Shown piece after piece: positions 1-12,516 of a stretch of DNA of 43,618 nucleotides. Position numbers and translations under genes: made by a program. This DNA comes from Octopus bimaculoides (Eukaryota): positions 31,135,164 through 31,178,781 of the forward strand of contig NC_068993.1 in NCBI RefSeq assembly GCF_001194135.2, in the 5' to 3' direction. Below the pieces are notes generated by a model that was not told where the DNA came from, did no database searches, and worked only from the letters and a program-made list of their open reading frames with translations. Each line of letters begins with the position of its first letter. Positions within the stretch are counted from its first letter, which is position 1.

Positions 1-374
1 ATGATTCATCGTTTCTTGTCGATCTCCACATATTCTACAGTTACTTGTTATGTTTCTTTTCATTATATGTTTTTGGTAATTTCTTGTGGGGAGGCTTTGG
101 TCTTGTGCAGCAATTAAAAATCTCTCAGTCTCTGCTTTGAGTCCTGAGCTTCTCAACCATTGCTGGGATTTTTCTGTCTTTTTCTTTTGCATTTAGTTTA
201 GCCCAGTATTTACCATGTAGGGGTTTTTCTTACCATGTCAGATTTTGGGTGGTGCATCCTATATCCTGTAATTATTTTTCTTGTTTTCCTGTCTATTTTA
301 GATAGTTCGTTTAGTGTCCAGTTAAGGATATTGTAGCTGTAACTTATAACTGGGACAGCTAAAGTGTTAATGCA
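1..374 (-). mobile_element. R4/Dong-clade non-LTR retrotransposon, 5'-truncated copy A (runs off window edge), with ~300-bp internal deletion
   Basis: Minus strand encodes INTLAVPVISYSYNILNWTLNELSKIDRKTRK...HHPKSD, then jumps to KTLHGKYWAKLNAKE...QQWLRSSGLKAE...AAQDQSL...NCRICGD. About 96% identical to 23275-23400 (5 differences in ~127 nt by eye). Starts directly after the AAT tail of copy B. Confidence 0.9.
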
Positions 375-3300
375 ATTATTATTGTTATTACTATTATTAT
401 TTAGTAGTTTTAATTTTATACCCTGCTTTCACTTTACTACCGATCGCAGCTCTGTGTGCCTTGGGTATGTGCTGTGGTTTGCTGTGATGCTCCTATGGTT
501 ACTGCATGCAAAGTGTTTTGCGTAAGATGGGTGCAGTGCCCAGGAGTGCACTTTTCTGTATGTTATATATATTTGTAAGTCCTGGTGTTTTGTTATATAT
601 TTGTCTGAATATTATTTTTATCATACCTAATGCGCCTACTATGATAGGAATTGATTCTGTTTTTAGATTCCACATTCGAGTTACCTCTATTTCCATATCT
701 ATCTGTATGTATTGGCATATGCCAGAGTATGCTTGCTTTCTCGTTTTCTGTGACCTTTTCTGTCGTGTGCCAATACCATGTTTTTTTCTGTTGTTATTCC
801 ATAGTTTTGGCATAGCCTGCAGTGTATGTAGGTCCCAAATCTGTCTTGTCTGTGAATATATTTCTTCTTATCCAGGACTGGTAAGCCAGAGATAATATGA
901 TTTATTGTTTCTTGTCCATCGCAAAATATTCTGCAAATACTTGTTTCTTTTCATTATAGGATTTTGGTAAGCTCTGGCGGGGAGGATTTGGTCTTCTGCT
1001 GCAATTAAAAATCTTTCAGGCTTTGCTTTCAGTCCTGAGCTCCCCAACAATTGCTGGGATTTTTCTCTGTCTATTTCTTTTGCATTTAGTTTAGCCCAGT
1101 ATTTACCATGTAGGGGCTTTTCTTGCCATTGTTTTATCATGGTCCGTTGCTGTTCTTGTTTTAGTTTAGTTTTCATTTGTTTTATAGATTTGTTTCTTCT
1201 TTTTCTTCTTCGTATTTGTTAGATAGTATGATTTCTTGTTTGTATTTGTCAGCTTCCTTAAATACTGAAAACAGTGTGTTGTTTTGCTCGTGTTTTGTGG
1301 CTATTTTTATTAGTTTTCCTTGCTTCTGGAGTAGGTATTTTTGCAATCCTATGATGGTTATTTTATAATAGTTTTCTAGCTGTATAAGACCCCTGCCACC
1401 CTCTGTGCGTTGTATATATAGCCTTTCTATGTCAGATTTTGGGTGGTGCATCCTATATCCTGTCATTAATTTTCCTGTTTTCCAGTCTATTTTGGTTACT
1501 TCATTTAGTGTAAAGTTAAGGATACTGTAGCTGTAACTTATAACTGGGACGGCAAAAGTGTTAATACCTATCATCGTTTTTTTAGCATTGAGCTCTGTTA
1601 TTAGTATTGATCCAAATTCTCTATAATATTCTTTCTTTATTTTCTCTTTCATTTGTGTGTTGTATCCTGTCTAGTTGATTGATTCCTAAATATTTGTATG
1701 TCTGGCTTTGGTCCTAATCCTCTTATTCCATTGGCTTTATCTAGTGTGATGTTGCTACTCTTAAGTAGTGTTCATCCTTCAGGGTTGCTTTGGCACATTT
1801 TTCTAATCCAAATTTCATATCTATTTTTTTTGGTAAATCTATGTACTGTCTGTAGTAGTGTTTCCAGCTCTTTATCATTTCTAGCGTATAGTTTTAGGTC
1901 ATCCATATATAAAAGGTGGCCGTAACATTTCTTTTGCCGAAACATTTGTATCCGCCTCCAGTTCTATTTAGCATGTCAGATAAAGGTGTCAGTACCGAAC
2001 AAAAAAGGAGTGGTGAGAGCGTGTCTCCCTGGAATATTCCTTTTCTAATGGGAATGGCTTAGGTTTTCACGAGTCCCTCTTTTGTTTGTAGCTGTATCAC
2101 TGTCTGCCATTTATTCATAGAGTGTATTATGTATTTTATAATTATTGGTGCTACCATTTTTATGGCTAGTGTTTCGAGAATCCGCGCGTGAGGAACACTA
2201 TCAAAAGCCTTTCGGTAGTCAATCCAGGCCATACTGAGACCTTTTTTTCTTTCTGCGGTTGTCTTTATTAATTATCATTAATTAATCATTACAGCTGTAT
2301 GAACCTTTGCAGCATCCCTTCTGCTCTTCTGGTAACAGGTTGTTATCTTCCAGGTGCTTGCTCAATCTCTGCGATATAATTGCAGTAAAGGCTTTGTAGA
2401 TTGTAGGGCGACAGGTTATAGGTCTATAGTTTTGTGGATTTGCCGTTTCAGTGGATTTGGGAATTAGGATAGTTTTCCCTTTCGTGAACCATTCATGCAT
2501 TGTCTCTGGCTCTGCTAGTATGACGTTAAATTGTTCAGCCAGCTATTATTCCCGTCAGATATTTTACCCAGAAGTTGGGGATCTTGTCGTGCCCAGATAC
2601 CTTCAGTTGCTTAGATTTTGCAGTGCAAAGGTGACCTCTTCAGTTGTTATAGGTGTCCAGAGTTGCTCGGGTGCTAAGTCCGTTGTTTTAATAATCCTTT
2701 TCTGAGGTTGTTCCTTCACCGACCATATTTCTTTCCAAAATTCTTCCACTTCTGCTTCTGGTGCCAAGTTCTTGGTAGAATGTTTGGGGGTTGGAGTTGA
2801 ACTGTTTGTCTTGTTGAAAGAAACGTTGGCGTTTCTCATACAGGCGGATCCTTTGTGCTTTGGCAAGGTCATCTTGCTTTAGCTTTTCTTTTCCCTCAGG
2901 TAAATCTTTTTCTGTAATGTTGTATTTGCACAGTATTTTTGTTTTTTTTTCTTGTTACTTAGTAGTGTTGTTTGTCTACTTATATCGTTAAGAATCGACA
3001 GGTCTTTTGTCTTTAAACAATTTTTGTTTGAGGGGGGGGGATATTGTTTATCCACAGGGTTTATTTGAGTGGTGGAACTCTTGTTTGGATGGGTTTCAGG
3101 GTGTATCCTGCTTCTTTTGTGGCTGCTGCATATATTATGCCATTTAGCTCAGAGATATTCCCATTTGTTTCTGTGGCTATTAGTTCTGTGACGGTCAGGT
3201 TTATGCGATTTATTATTGATGTTGTTTTATCGTCTATTTTGGATTTTGGGAGGTATAATCGGTGGTCCATTCTGAGATTTGTGGTTTTCAGGTCTTTGAT

Positions 3301-3522
3301 TTTTCTCATTTTTATAGCATCATAATCATTATGTTTCCCTTCACTGTTTCCAGGTTTTAGATTTGTTTCGCCTTCCTTCTCATTCATATGTTTGTCTGTG
3401 GTATTCTAGATTTGTGCTTTTTGTACATTATTATACATCCCTACGGTCTGGGTTTGTTGTTTTTTGTTTACTTCGTTTTTGTTGGAAATGTTACGTTTGT
3501 CTTCGTGTTTTACTATCTCAGT
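375..3522 (-). mobile_element. R4/Dong-clade non-LTR retrotransposon, longest copy B (decayed RT + CCHC + partial RLE, 3' UTR and short AAT tail)
   Basis: RT motifs on minus strand: AWIDYRKAFDSVPH (~2190-2230), GIFQGDTLSPLLFC (~2000-2040), HLLYMDDLKLYA (YMDD at 1898-1909), FGLEKCAK. Then HHPKSDIERLYIQRTEGGRGL, AAEDQ, CRIC..H knuckle, ILWXMPIHTD, VPIIVGALG, QKSALLGTAPILRK, stop at 499-501, 3' UTR 403-497, AAT-like tail 375-402. Multiple stops and frameshifts. Confidence 0.95.
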
Positions 3523-3562
3523 GTTATTATTATTATCATCATCATTATTATTATTATTGTTG

Positions 3563-3626
<64 letters not shown>
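3523..3626. repeat. (ATT/AAT)n microsatellite; tail of copy C and insertion site of copy B
   Basis: Direct reading of the sequence. Confidence 0.98.
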
Positions 3627-3627
<1 letters not shown>

Positions 3628-3956
3628 TATTGTCCTTGCAAAGCTTCTTTCGCTGGAGATGTACTACGGTACCAGATGTTCACTACCAGTGAACTAAGGT
3701 AACACATCTTATTTTTCGAGCACCATCGGAAGTATGCGAGCGGTTCCAAGCAGTGCTGTTTTCTGCAGGTGCTCCATCCTTATTGCAGCCCCTGTTTCTC
3801 CCATATATTTCTCAAGAATTTTACTCTCTGTTCCCAAAGTTCCGACAATTATTGGGACTTCTACCACCTTTTTCATCGACCACAGCCATAACTGCTTAAG
3901 CTCCCAAGCTAACCTGTCATATCTATCGACATTTTTGCTTCCTCATCGCATACCTT

Positions 3957-3958
<2 letters not shown>
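3627..3958 (-). mobile_element. R4/Dong-clade 3'-end fragment, copy C (distinct subfamily), embedded in (AAT)n
   Basis: Minus strand: DRYDRLAWELKQLW...KKVVEVPIIVGTLGT...LQKTALLGTARILPMVLEK* (stop 3709-3711), ~80-nt 3' UTR, AAT tail; (AAT)n on both sides. Confidence 0.88.
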
Positions 3959-3999
<41 letters not shown>

Positions 4000-4085
4000 C
4001 ATCATCATTATTTTTATTATTATTATCATTATCATTATTATTATTATTGTTGTTGTTGTTATTATTATTATTATCATCATCATCA
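3959..4085. repeat. Compound (ATT)/(ATC)/(GTT)n microsatellite
   Basis: Direct reading. Confidence 0.97.
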
Positions 4086-4607
4086 TATATTTTAAAAGGA
4101 TTGATGTAACTCTTCACAAAGGTAAACACTCAATACGAAGAGCGTGATTCGTGTGTAATAAATATTGTATTGGTTGAACGATATTTCGAGAGTAAGTCTG
4201 TCTTTGTCGAGTTCAAAATAAAGAAGTGATAAACATTCAAAGTTACAGAAATTTAAATTTAAAATATGAACGAGAGCAATCGGCATTCACATGTTGATGG
4301 AATGACATCATCACTCTTTAAGTTTCAATTTTTTAACAGGCGGAAAGAAAAGACAGAAAAAAGAAAAGAAAAAAAGAAAAGGAAAAAGAAGAATATTTAA
4401 TCAAAGAGTTTAGTATAAATTTAATGATATTTTCCTGTCATTTTATTCATTCTTCCGGGGTGTAATTTTAATAACCTGCAAACATATTTTTCCTCATGTA
4501 TTCTGAGAAGTGAAAGTGAAGCAAATTCAGAATATTGTCGGAGAATATACACTTTCATGTCTTTTTCAAAATTACAGCCGTTTGAAACGAAATGTTCAGC
4601 AAGTTCT
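4086..4607 (-). mobile_element. Penelope-like element 3' end, copy 1 (GIY-YIG C-terminus + 3' UTR/pLTR)
   Basis: ORF 4421..4621 encodes ELAEHFVSNGCNFEKDMKVYIL...LLRIHEEKYVCRLLKLHPGRMN, matching the AEHF...E..WI..L.T..P.GMN C-terminus of PLE GIY-YIG endonucleases. Colinear and homologous with 22259-22925. Confidence 0.8.
4174..4216 (-). ncRNA. Minimal type I hammerhead-like motif with variant core (copy 1; one stem II mismatch)
   Basis: Minus RNA: UUGAAC-UCGACAA-A-GACAG-ACUUA-CUCUC-GAAA-UA-UC-GUUCAA; 6-bp stem I, stem II, GAAA, palindromic AUAU stem III, AUC cleavage triplet. Confidence 0.5.
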
Positions 4608-4617
4608 GGGTGGGGCA

Positions 4618-5760
4618 TCATGCTAAAGTTGACACATCATACCAAGGTTATACAAAGATTGTACAAAAATTGAAGAAAAATTGGACAAAAATTGGACAAA
4701 AATTGGAGAAAATTTGAACCCCAAATCTTCATCAGAGAGTCCATAACGGTAAGAATTAAACAAGCAAAAAGTAAAATAAAATAATAAAAAATAACAAAAA
4801 TAGTAAAAAAGTAAATTCAAAATGATATTCTGAGGTTGTGACATCACATCTAGGGTGGGGTTAATAGGATGATCCATATAGTTAGTGACTAAAAACTATG
4901 CAATAGTATAGCAATAGAATTTAGTTAATGTAAACATAGTTGGGGAAATCAATACGTAATTATATCAATGAAGGAATAATTTGGGTATACATAAAGTGTG
5001 ATGTTATTATTTATTAACAAAACTTTTCATTATAATACCCCTGTAATGAGTAGGGTAAGGACAATGTCAATCCTACAACTTAATTGGTCTGTTAATGTTT
5101 AAAAACTAAAGCGTTGTTTGGGACCGCTAAAGTTATCAATAAATTACAAAACAGATTTAAGAAAATATACAAGGAATAAATTATCTAAGGGGTCTTAAAT
5201 ACTAAAGGGAATAATAAATAATAACGTACGATTAGGAATCTGTTATTCTGTTATGCATACATCTAAGATAAAATTATCTTTGATGTATTCATCTTAGAGG
5301 TATTCTATTGCATAGTTTTTAGTCTCTAACTAATGACCCCTGTTATATGGATCATCCCATTTACCCCACTCTATAACGTTTTATCTATGCTATATCCCCC
5401 ATTCGATTGAAATGAGATGTGATCGCACAATCTCTGGACATCTTTGAATTTACTTTTTTTACTATTTTTACTATTCTTTATTATCTTATTTTACTATTTA
5501 CTTGTTTAATTCTTACCAGTATGGATTCTCTGATAAAGCTTTTGGATCAAGTTTTGTCCACTTTTTGTTCAATTTTTATTCATTTTTTGTAAAATCATTG
5601 TATAATCTTGGTGTGATGTGTCAACTTTGGCATGCGGGACCCCTAAAGTAGAAACAGCTGTAAGAGTAGAGTTACATCCACTCATTTACTTGAAGAAAAT
5701 ACATATTCAAATAAGTAAATCATAATATCATGAATAGCGAAAACGAAACCGGTCGATATA
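4618..5760. mobile_element. ~1.1-kb imperfect palindrome (foldback); inverted Penelope pLTR pair or MITE, family unresolved
   Basis: Left arm 4618-~5020 is the diverged reverse complement of ~5205-5635 (CATGCTAAAGTTGACACATCATACCAAGGTTATACA vs revcomp CATGCCAAAGTTGACACATCACACCAAGATTATACA). Right arm continues to CGAAACCGGTC at 5744-5754. Confidence 0.7.
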
Positions 5761-5854
5761 TTAAAAATTATATCAAAACTATGTAAAGTGTATGTATTTT
5801 CCGTTCTTTTCAAATTTCCTATATATATATATATATATATACCATGCATACATA

Positions 5855-6058
5855 TACGAGGCGGGGACTGAAACGTTCCTCGCTTTGGGTTAAAGCAAGT
5901 ACAGTTAATAATGATTTTATTCAACATATTGAACATATTTACAAACTTATTGTAGCCGTCGTTAAGTTTTTCAAACCCTTGTAAAAGAACTCGCATGTTT
6001 GGGCATTCAACCAGGCCTTTTGTGATATCAGTTAACCAGGAACTCTTCAGCACCCCAT
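5855..6058. mobile_element. Mariner-derived MITE (~200 bp)
   Basis: Degenerate TIRs: left TACGAGGCGGGGACTGAAACGTTCCTCGCTT, right revcomp TATGGGGTGCTGAAGAGTTCCTGGTT. TA at both ends, no coding capacity, sits in TA/TG-rich sequence. Confidence 0.7.
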
Positions 6059-8450
6059 ATGTGTGTGTGTATGCACATGCATGATTGCAAAATTTTAAAC
6101 TATACTTCACACTTACAGATAATGGTAGTAAAGAAAAAAACTAAACGAAAATAAAAGAAAAATTAAGCATATCACGAACGCTTCCTGTTTACTGAAATCT
6201 TGTTTGATGTGTTTTGAAATGATAAATGAACGCAGTTGTGTGAAAACTGAGATATGTTGTTTCCCAAAAGTACCAAAACTTTTAATTTACGAAGTAAATG
6301 TGTTGAGTTTTAAGTGAGGAAACATTGTAAATACGCATTTTAAGCGGAATATCTTTCCTGATATCAAATAGAATTGCTTGTGATACCTATTCATCTCTAA
6401 TCATTTTATGAATCCTTGAACATTTAATTGACCAAGCTATAAATGGATGATGCTGAATAAAATCAAGGTGTTTTTATTGGCGCTGTTGTCGCTGGTAGAA
6501 AAATGTGGTGAAATAGTAATTTTTCAGATGAGTTGTATATAAGAATACCTCCGTTAAGCAAATATAAAGAAACATAACGGAGATGATACTAAATATGGTA
6601 CTTATTCCCTGGTGTTTAATTGCAATAGAAGCAGTTAAGTGTTTGCTTCAATAAAGTTAATAATGAGATGTAAGAGAGGATTTGAACAGTTGTCAACTAA
6701 TTTTATAGATAAAAACGTTTTACAAGCACTTATGCTGTTTCTAAAGACAACTCAAGAGAAACATAATGAATTTTATACGCCAATTCAAATGAATCAACAT
6801 TCGTTATTTCACAAGCCTTATATTAAGATGTTGGTGAAAGAAAAGACGAGAACAAAGAAAAAGAAGAGGTGGGAGGAGGTGGAGCAGGCGAAGAGGAAAC
6901 ATTAAATGATCACAAGAGAAATAATGTAATTGGAGAAGATCAATATTTGACATAAGTAATAATGGCTAGTAAAAGAGAGAAACACATGAGAATCTATAAG
7001 TATTAACCTTCCTCAGAATATAAATTATATTGCTAACATTTCCATCATGAATGCCATGTAAAAGATTCGATGTAAATTGTAGAGGAATTCTCTGTAGTGT
7101 GCGCAGACTAATGAAGATGTGATAAAACAAAGATTTTGTCATCGGTCAGATCTGATCTGATCAACAGTTAAAACGAAGAAATAGCAATTTCATTTCCATG
7201 ACAGTTGTCTAACTTATATCAATTGCAAGTGACATTAAACGATTTGGTACTTTGCCATAAACAGATTGACTGCAGAAATAAATATATTTGTAAAACCTAT
7301 TTACTATATTTGGTCGCAAAACCAGTCAAGCATCTTATGGAAATATTTTTGACATGTGCTGATCAGTGAATTCCTTAAGGATACATAAACTGATGACGAT
7401 GATAAATATTTCCCATTCCTCGGCGTATCAACGTTCAATACACAGACCTTTCAGTACCGTATTTACAAACACCATCACCAAATTCTGTACGTCGAAATTT
7501 TGTTTTTCTAGTTTTTAATTTGTTATTATAAAGATGTGAGTCTGTGCAGGCGATTTTACATGGTGGTTCTCAGGGGAACCTTAAACGTATCATATATGCA
7601 ACTTTCAAAACATTAGCTTGTTTGTTCCTTTACTTTTGTTCCATTCAGTTGGGAATTTCGACATCTTTATTTCCTGTTATTTAAATAGGATTAACTATTT
7701 TCGGAAGATTTCGTACAGATTGTGTAGTTGCTATTGGCAATGTTAAAAAAAAAGAGACGTAACAGAAATGTTGACTGTTTCTTTTACGATTTCTTTGCTG
7801 CTGTTGCTGTTGTTGCTGTTGTTGTTGTTGTTGTTAATACATATTTTTATGTTCTTCTAATTGCCTGTAAAAACTCAAAACAGTATATTTATTGCAAGAC
7901 TTTTATTGTTTTGTATCCCTAACCAGAAGACATATAGACATGAAAACATTTAATGATTTAAAGTTGTGACGCTGGAAGAGCCACGTACAACACTGTTCCT
8001 TTAATGGACTTAAATGTATAAGATTTTTTGTGAAGCCTAATGTGAAAGCGTCTTGGAAAGCTGTATCATTGCTCAAAACAGCCAACAATTTGGTTTCGAT
8101 TTCTAGTTCAATCTGTTACATTTAGCATAATGACTGAAAGAAACCAAATGGATTATATCGCATCCCTGTCTTTCGAATATCATAATCCGAGAAAATGTTG
8201 CTTCGATCGGAAACCAACAGTATAACAATAGCTTAAATGGGAAATTATTTAGTGATACGGTCTCTTTTCTAATATTTGACTACTTCATATACGTTTTAAT
8301 CTTCATTTAAGCGTAACATGTTTCATTCTCATTAGATAATAATAGTAACAAATATCAATAATTAAATCTGTCGTTAAAGTTTTGTATTCGATGACTAGCA
8401 CTAAATTTATGTTTTGAGATTCATCATTTCATTTTTACTCTGAAAAAATA

Positions 8451-8524
8451 AAAAAAGATACCAGGATGGTCATAACTTGTCTCATACAAAAAAGATACCA
8501 GGATGGTCATAACATGTTTCATAT
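8451..8524. repeat. 37-bp tandem duplication (2 units)
   Basis: AAAAAAGATACCAGGATGGTCATAACTTGTCTCATAC followed by AAAAAAGATACCAGGATGGTCATAACATGTTTCATAT. Confidence 0.9.
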
Positions 8525-9289
8525 CATTAAATGCGTCAGCGTAAGAAACATTCACAACGTCTTGCAATTTTGCAATTAACCTGCATTAGCAAAATGGAGG
8601 CCTCTAATTCATGACACCTGTCAAGCAATTTGTCGATAAATTAGATTAAGGAAACTATGTCAACTGCAAATGAGAAGAGAAAAACAACAGCAAAGTTATT
8701 GAGAAATAAGAGAAATTATTCCAAATTTAAAAAAGAAAGGTATCCTTCAAACATTTCACAATCAACTGATACTAAACAAATAAAAATGCTAACTTAGAGG
8801 TATAACAAAGTAACTCGACAGCTACATTTGCTGGAGGAAAACTAGAATATCAGTATGAAAACACAGATTCAACGATCAATATGTCCAGTAATCCTGCTCT
8901 TGATTCTATCCACAATTGATTGATGCCAGCAAAAGCTAGTCGGATATGTATAATTCCTTGGTAATTCCATTGTTATTTTAAAAACAAGTGAACCATTAAA
9001 TGCNNNNNNNNNNNNNNNNNNNNNNNNNNNNNNNNNNNNNNNNNNNNNNNNNNNNNNNNNNNNNNNNNNNNNNNNNNNNNNNNNNNNNNNNNNNNNNNNN
9101 NNNNNNNNNNNNNNNNNNNNNNNNNNNNNNNNNNNNNNNNNNNNNNNNNNNNNNNNNNNNNNNNNNNNNNNNNNNNNNNNNNNNNNNNNNNNNNNNNNNN
9201 NNNNNNNNNNNNNNNNNNNNNNNNNNNNNNNNNNNNNNNNNNNNNNNNNNNNNNNNNNNNNNNNNNNNNNNNNNNNNNNNNNNNNNNNN

Positions 9290-9347
<58 letters not shown>

Positions 9348-9362
9348 CAGAGGGAGAGAGAG
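9290..9362. repeat. (GA)n microsatellite bordering a gap
   Basis: Direct reading. Confidence 0.98.
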
Positions 9363-11228
9363 AAAATTTCTAAGAATCACATCTGAAAAAAATCTATCTA
9401 AAATTCCAGAAAATGTGGAAATTTAGATTTTGTTTCTCGAATAATCACATTCATGAAATTGATGTTTTGTCACAAAAAACAAATTTGATTTCATATAAGT
9501 TAATTAAATCGCTGTAAAGAGTCGACCATAAGTATCAGTTACTAGTTATATATATAATTTCGCCAAGAAATCGATATAGTGAAATACAAGTTTGAGGATG
9601 AACTATGATTGGTTATACCAAATGGAAGAAGTTATCAACAACTATTGTAACCTTGAGATAAAGTTTACCGTACATCTTCAGTCATTAATGAGATTTTTAA
9701 TTGCACTATTCGTACACAAAAATCCTAAATATGTATTTAATAATTAGCTTGGGATTTGTGCAATGTTAGAACTTAATACATGAAAAATAATGGGATTGGT
9801 GCATAGAAGATTCAACAATACTAAATATTTACTCGACTATAATCATATTTTAAATGTATGCTTATGTGTGTTTGCACGAAGTCAGTATATCATATAATTC
9901 AGATATGTAGTGATAAAGTTCTGCACGATGTAACACAATGATATTCTGAATGAATTAAAATTTCTTAATATTTTTCGTTCGAGAGAGACAACATTGATCA
10001 TTCCTAGTGACTCTGAAAGAAGGAAACGGGAGATAATTCCGAAAATTCGGAATTCACTTTTCAGATATTCAATTTGTTTTCCCTTATATTTTCAAACCTA
10101 TATATAAAATATATTGGCGTAAGATGTTTGCAAAAACCACAGTTCTGTCACTGTTTAGTGAAATCAAATACTGGATTAAATTAGCAACATTGATTGTGAA
10201 TCCGCTTGTTAGAATAGTGGATAAGCGGGCAAGCACAGGGCAATGGATCAGATCGAGTCAAAGGTAGACGGCTATAAGCCATCTTTCAACCTACTAAAAA
10301 TAACAATCAAATGTACCTCAAATCTCTTCTTCCGTCTGAAACAACGAATTGGACAAATTTCTATAATATTAACGGAAAACTTACCGATCAAGATCACGCA
10401 AGCTAAAATAACAAAGTTAACGAAAACGTGTATTTTTTACTCTTTTCATAGAATTTGTACTATTGTATTTTTATGTCAATAAAAATTGAAAGTCAAAGCT
10501 AACTTTGTCAATATCGCATCAGCAGTGAGTGTCTTGAAGATTGGTCATGTTCTTTATAATGACTGGCTTATTTTGGTTTCTATTAAAAAAATATTCATCG
10601 TTTCATCTGCTCAGCTGGAAGATTTCTAATTCAAGACAATGAATATCGTTCATCAATCATTATAAAAGTTCCAAATGCAAATCCAATACAATCACAAAGT
10701 ATCTGATGTACTTAACTTGAGGTGGCTGCGTGAATTCATAATAAATTTCATTCGGATTTCACCTGTACAAATTTGTTAAACGAGAAATGATGTGAAAGAA
10801 GAAAACAAGAGATCTAGTGTAGGTGAACTCGCTACAGTATTGTTCATAATTTAGGACCTCATCTTCACGAAAAACAAGAAGAAACGGGTTGAATTGATGT
10901 AATTTTTCAATGATACAATAAAATACAAACATATTAATTCTAGAGAATAATTTTAGAAATATATTTATATTTCTTGTGAAGTAAGGGAATTTTAATCTGT
11001 TTTGACTGTTTGCACAGAAGTTGCAGCTGATACTATAATCCAACCAGAAAATATCAATATTTCCTTAGTTACATATATAATAATTATATAAATATTTCTT
11101 TAGTTCTCTATCACAACTGAATTAATCAAGAGTAAAATAATTGTGTTTTTTTTTCAAACAGAAAGTGGCATTAGCTGAAGAGTTATTCAAGCTCCTAGCA
11201 ACATTCAGAGCATTATAGACAAAAACAG

Positions 11229-11231
<3 letters not shown>

Positions 11232-11286
<55 letters not shown>
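11232..11286. repeat. (CA)n microsatellite
   Basis: Direct reading. Confidence 0.98.
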
Positions 11287-11289
<3 letters not shown>

Positions 11290-12516
11290 TTATAATGATA
11301 ATATAATTTCATTTTATACGTGTTGCAAAAGTATTGAAATGTTTTCTACCATGTGCAGTTTTGATTTTCTCATGTTAAATTCAACAGTATTATTTTAAGT
11401 TATATGGTTTTTTCAATGAGGTTGCTTCGTAGCTAAACAGATCCACGTTTCTCATCATTAAGAAGTCAAATCTGAAACATTAATACTTAATAGCCATTCT
11501 ATTGCATGTTGGCAATAGAAAACTTGCTGCAAATATTTTAGATCAACATTACAAACTCATACATAATGTTTCCACAAACCATTCCACAAAAATGAATAAA
11601 AAAGAACAAAGCAAATATATAATTACTAGATCTGCTAAACGCCAGGCAGACCTCCAAAACGTCGTATTATGATGTCTTTATGTACATGTATGAGACTCTA
11701 TCTTCCCAACACAAGTCTGCGTACTTCTATATGTGTTCATCATCAAAGAACTTTGAGAGACCGGTGGAAAGAAAACTGGTTACTTTGTTCTATTCTAATT
11801 TCCAGTTGGGAAGAACATAATGTACTGTGATGTTTTAATATCTTCACCTCACAGAGACTATAGTATTAGACGCTTGTACAACACAAATACAACTCTCTGA
11901 ATGTCAGCTACCGTGTTTCAGCCAAACGAAAAGATCAATGAGACAGGTAGGATTACCAGCTGGAGATTTAACATTAGATATTCCTTCTCCTACACTTTGC
12001 TATTTAGAGCAACCCACGTTGTAGTGGTGGTGTGGGGGCTGCTTTCTGTTACCTACATTGATTATTTGATTTGAAGTGGGGGTCAACCTTCACATGTCAT
12101 TTTGGAGTATCCCTGTTCACCATCTTCAGTAGTATTTATTTCCAACTTCTTACTAAATAATTTTAGATCCTATTCAAGTGTCATCTGCCCTTTTATTTCT
12201 CAAGCTGAGTGTCTAGTGAACCATTCTCAATATACATTTCTGCCGGTGAGTGACTTAGTCGCGAATGCCTGACAAAGAAAACAAGATGTACTGGATAAAC
12301 ATGTTGCGAGTACGTTCATACACTGGCACGCGCACACACACATGAACGAGCACACACACACAGACACTCATGCACATACATACGCGCACATACACAAACA
12401 TGCATAAAAAACACAGGGCATTGAAATTGGGAGAATGAGCGAAAAATTGAAGTCAGAAAAATTGGTGAGTAGTTGCAGAACATATTGTGGAGCGACCAAA
12501 ATCACATGCAAATATA

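Noticed and set aside
3363-4147. Poly-Y, poly-I, poly-L and poly-N ORFs (also 24511-24750, 27840-28288, 32570-32963)
   Set aside because: Translations of trinucleotide microsatellites; no coding signal
5648-5670. GAAACAGCTGTAAGAG resembling the PLE copy 2 sequence at ~23013-23030 in opposite orientation
   Set aside because: 15-nt match with no extension; cannot be distinguished from chance
7620-8100. Two acceptor-like sites (TTCCATTCAG at ~7648, CTAACCAG at ~7926) as host exons
   Set aside because: All downstream frames close quickly and give no recognisable protein; would need RNA-seq
10480-10770. Possible Tc1/mariner end (TA|CAGGTG on minus at ~10768)
   Set aside because: No partner TIR or transposase motif found
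11960-12260. TTCCTTCTCCTA motif reminiscent of RTE-associated 5' ends or SINEs
   Set aside because: Short motif only; no ORF, tail or boundaries to support it
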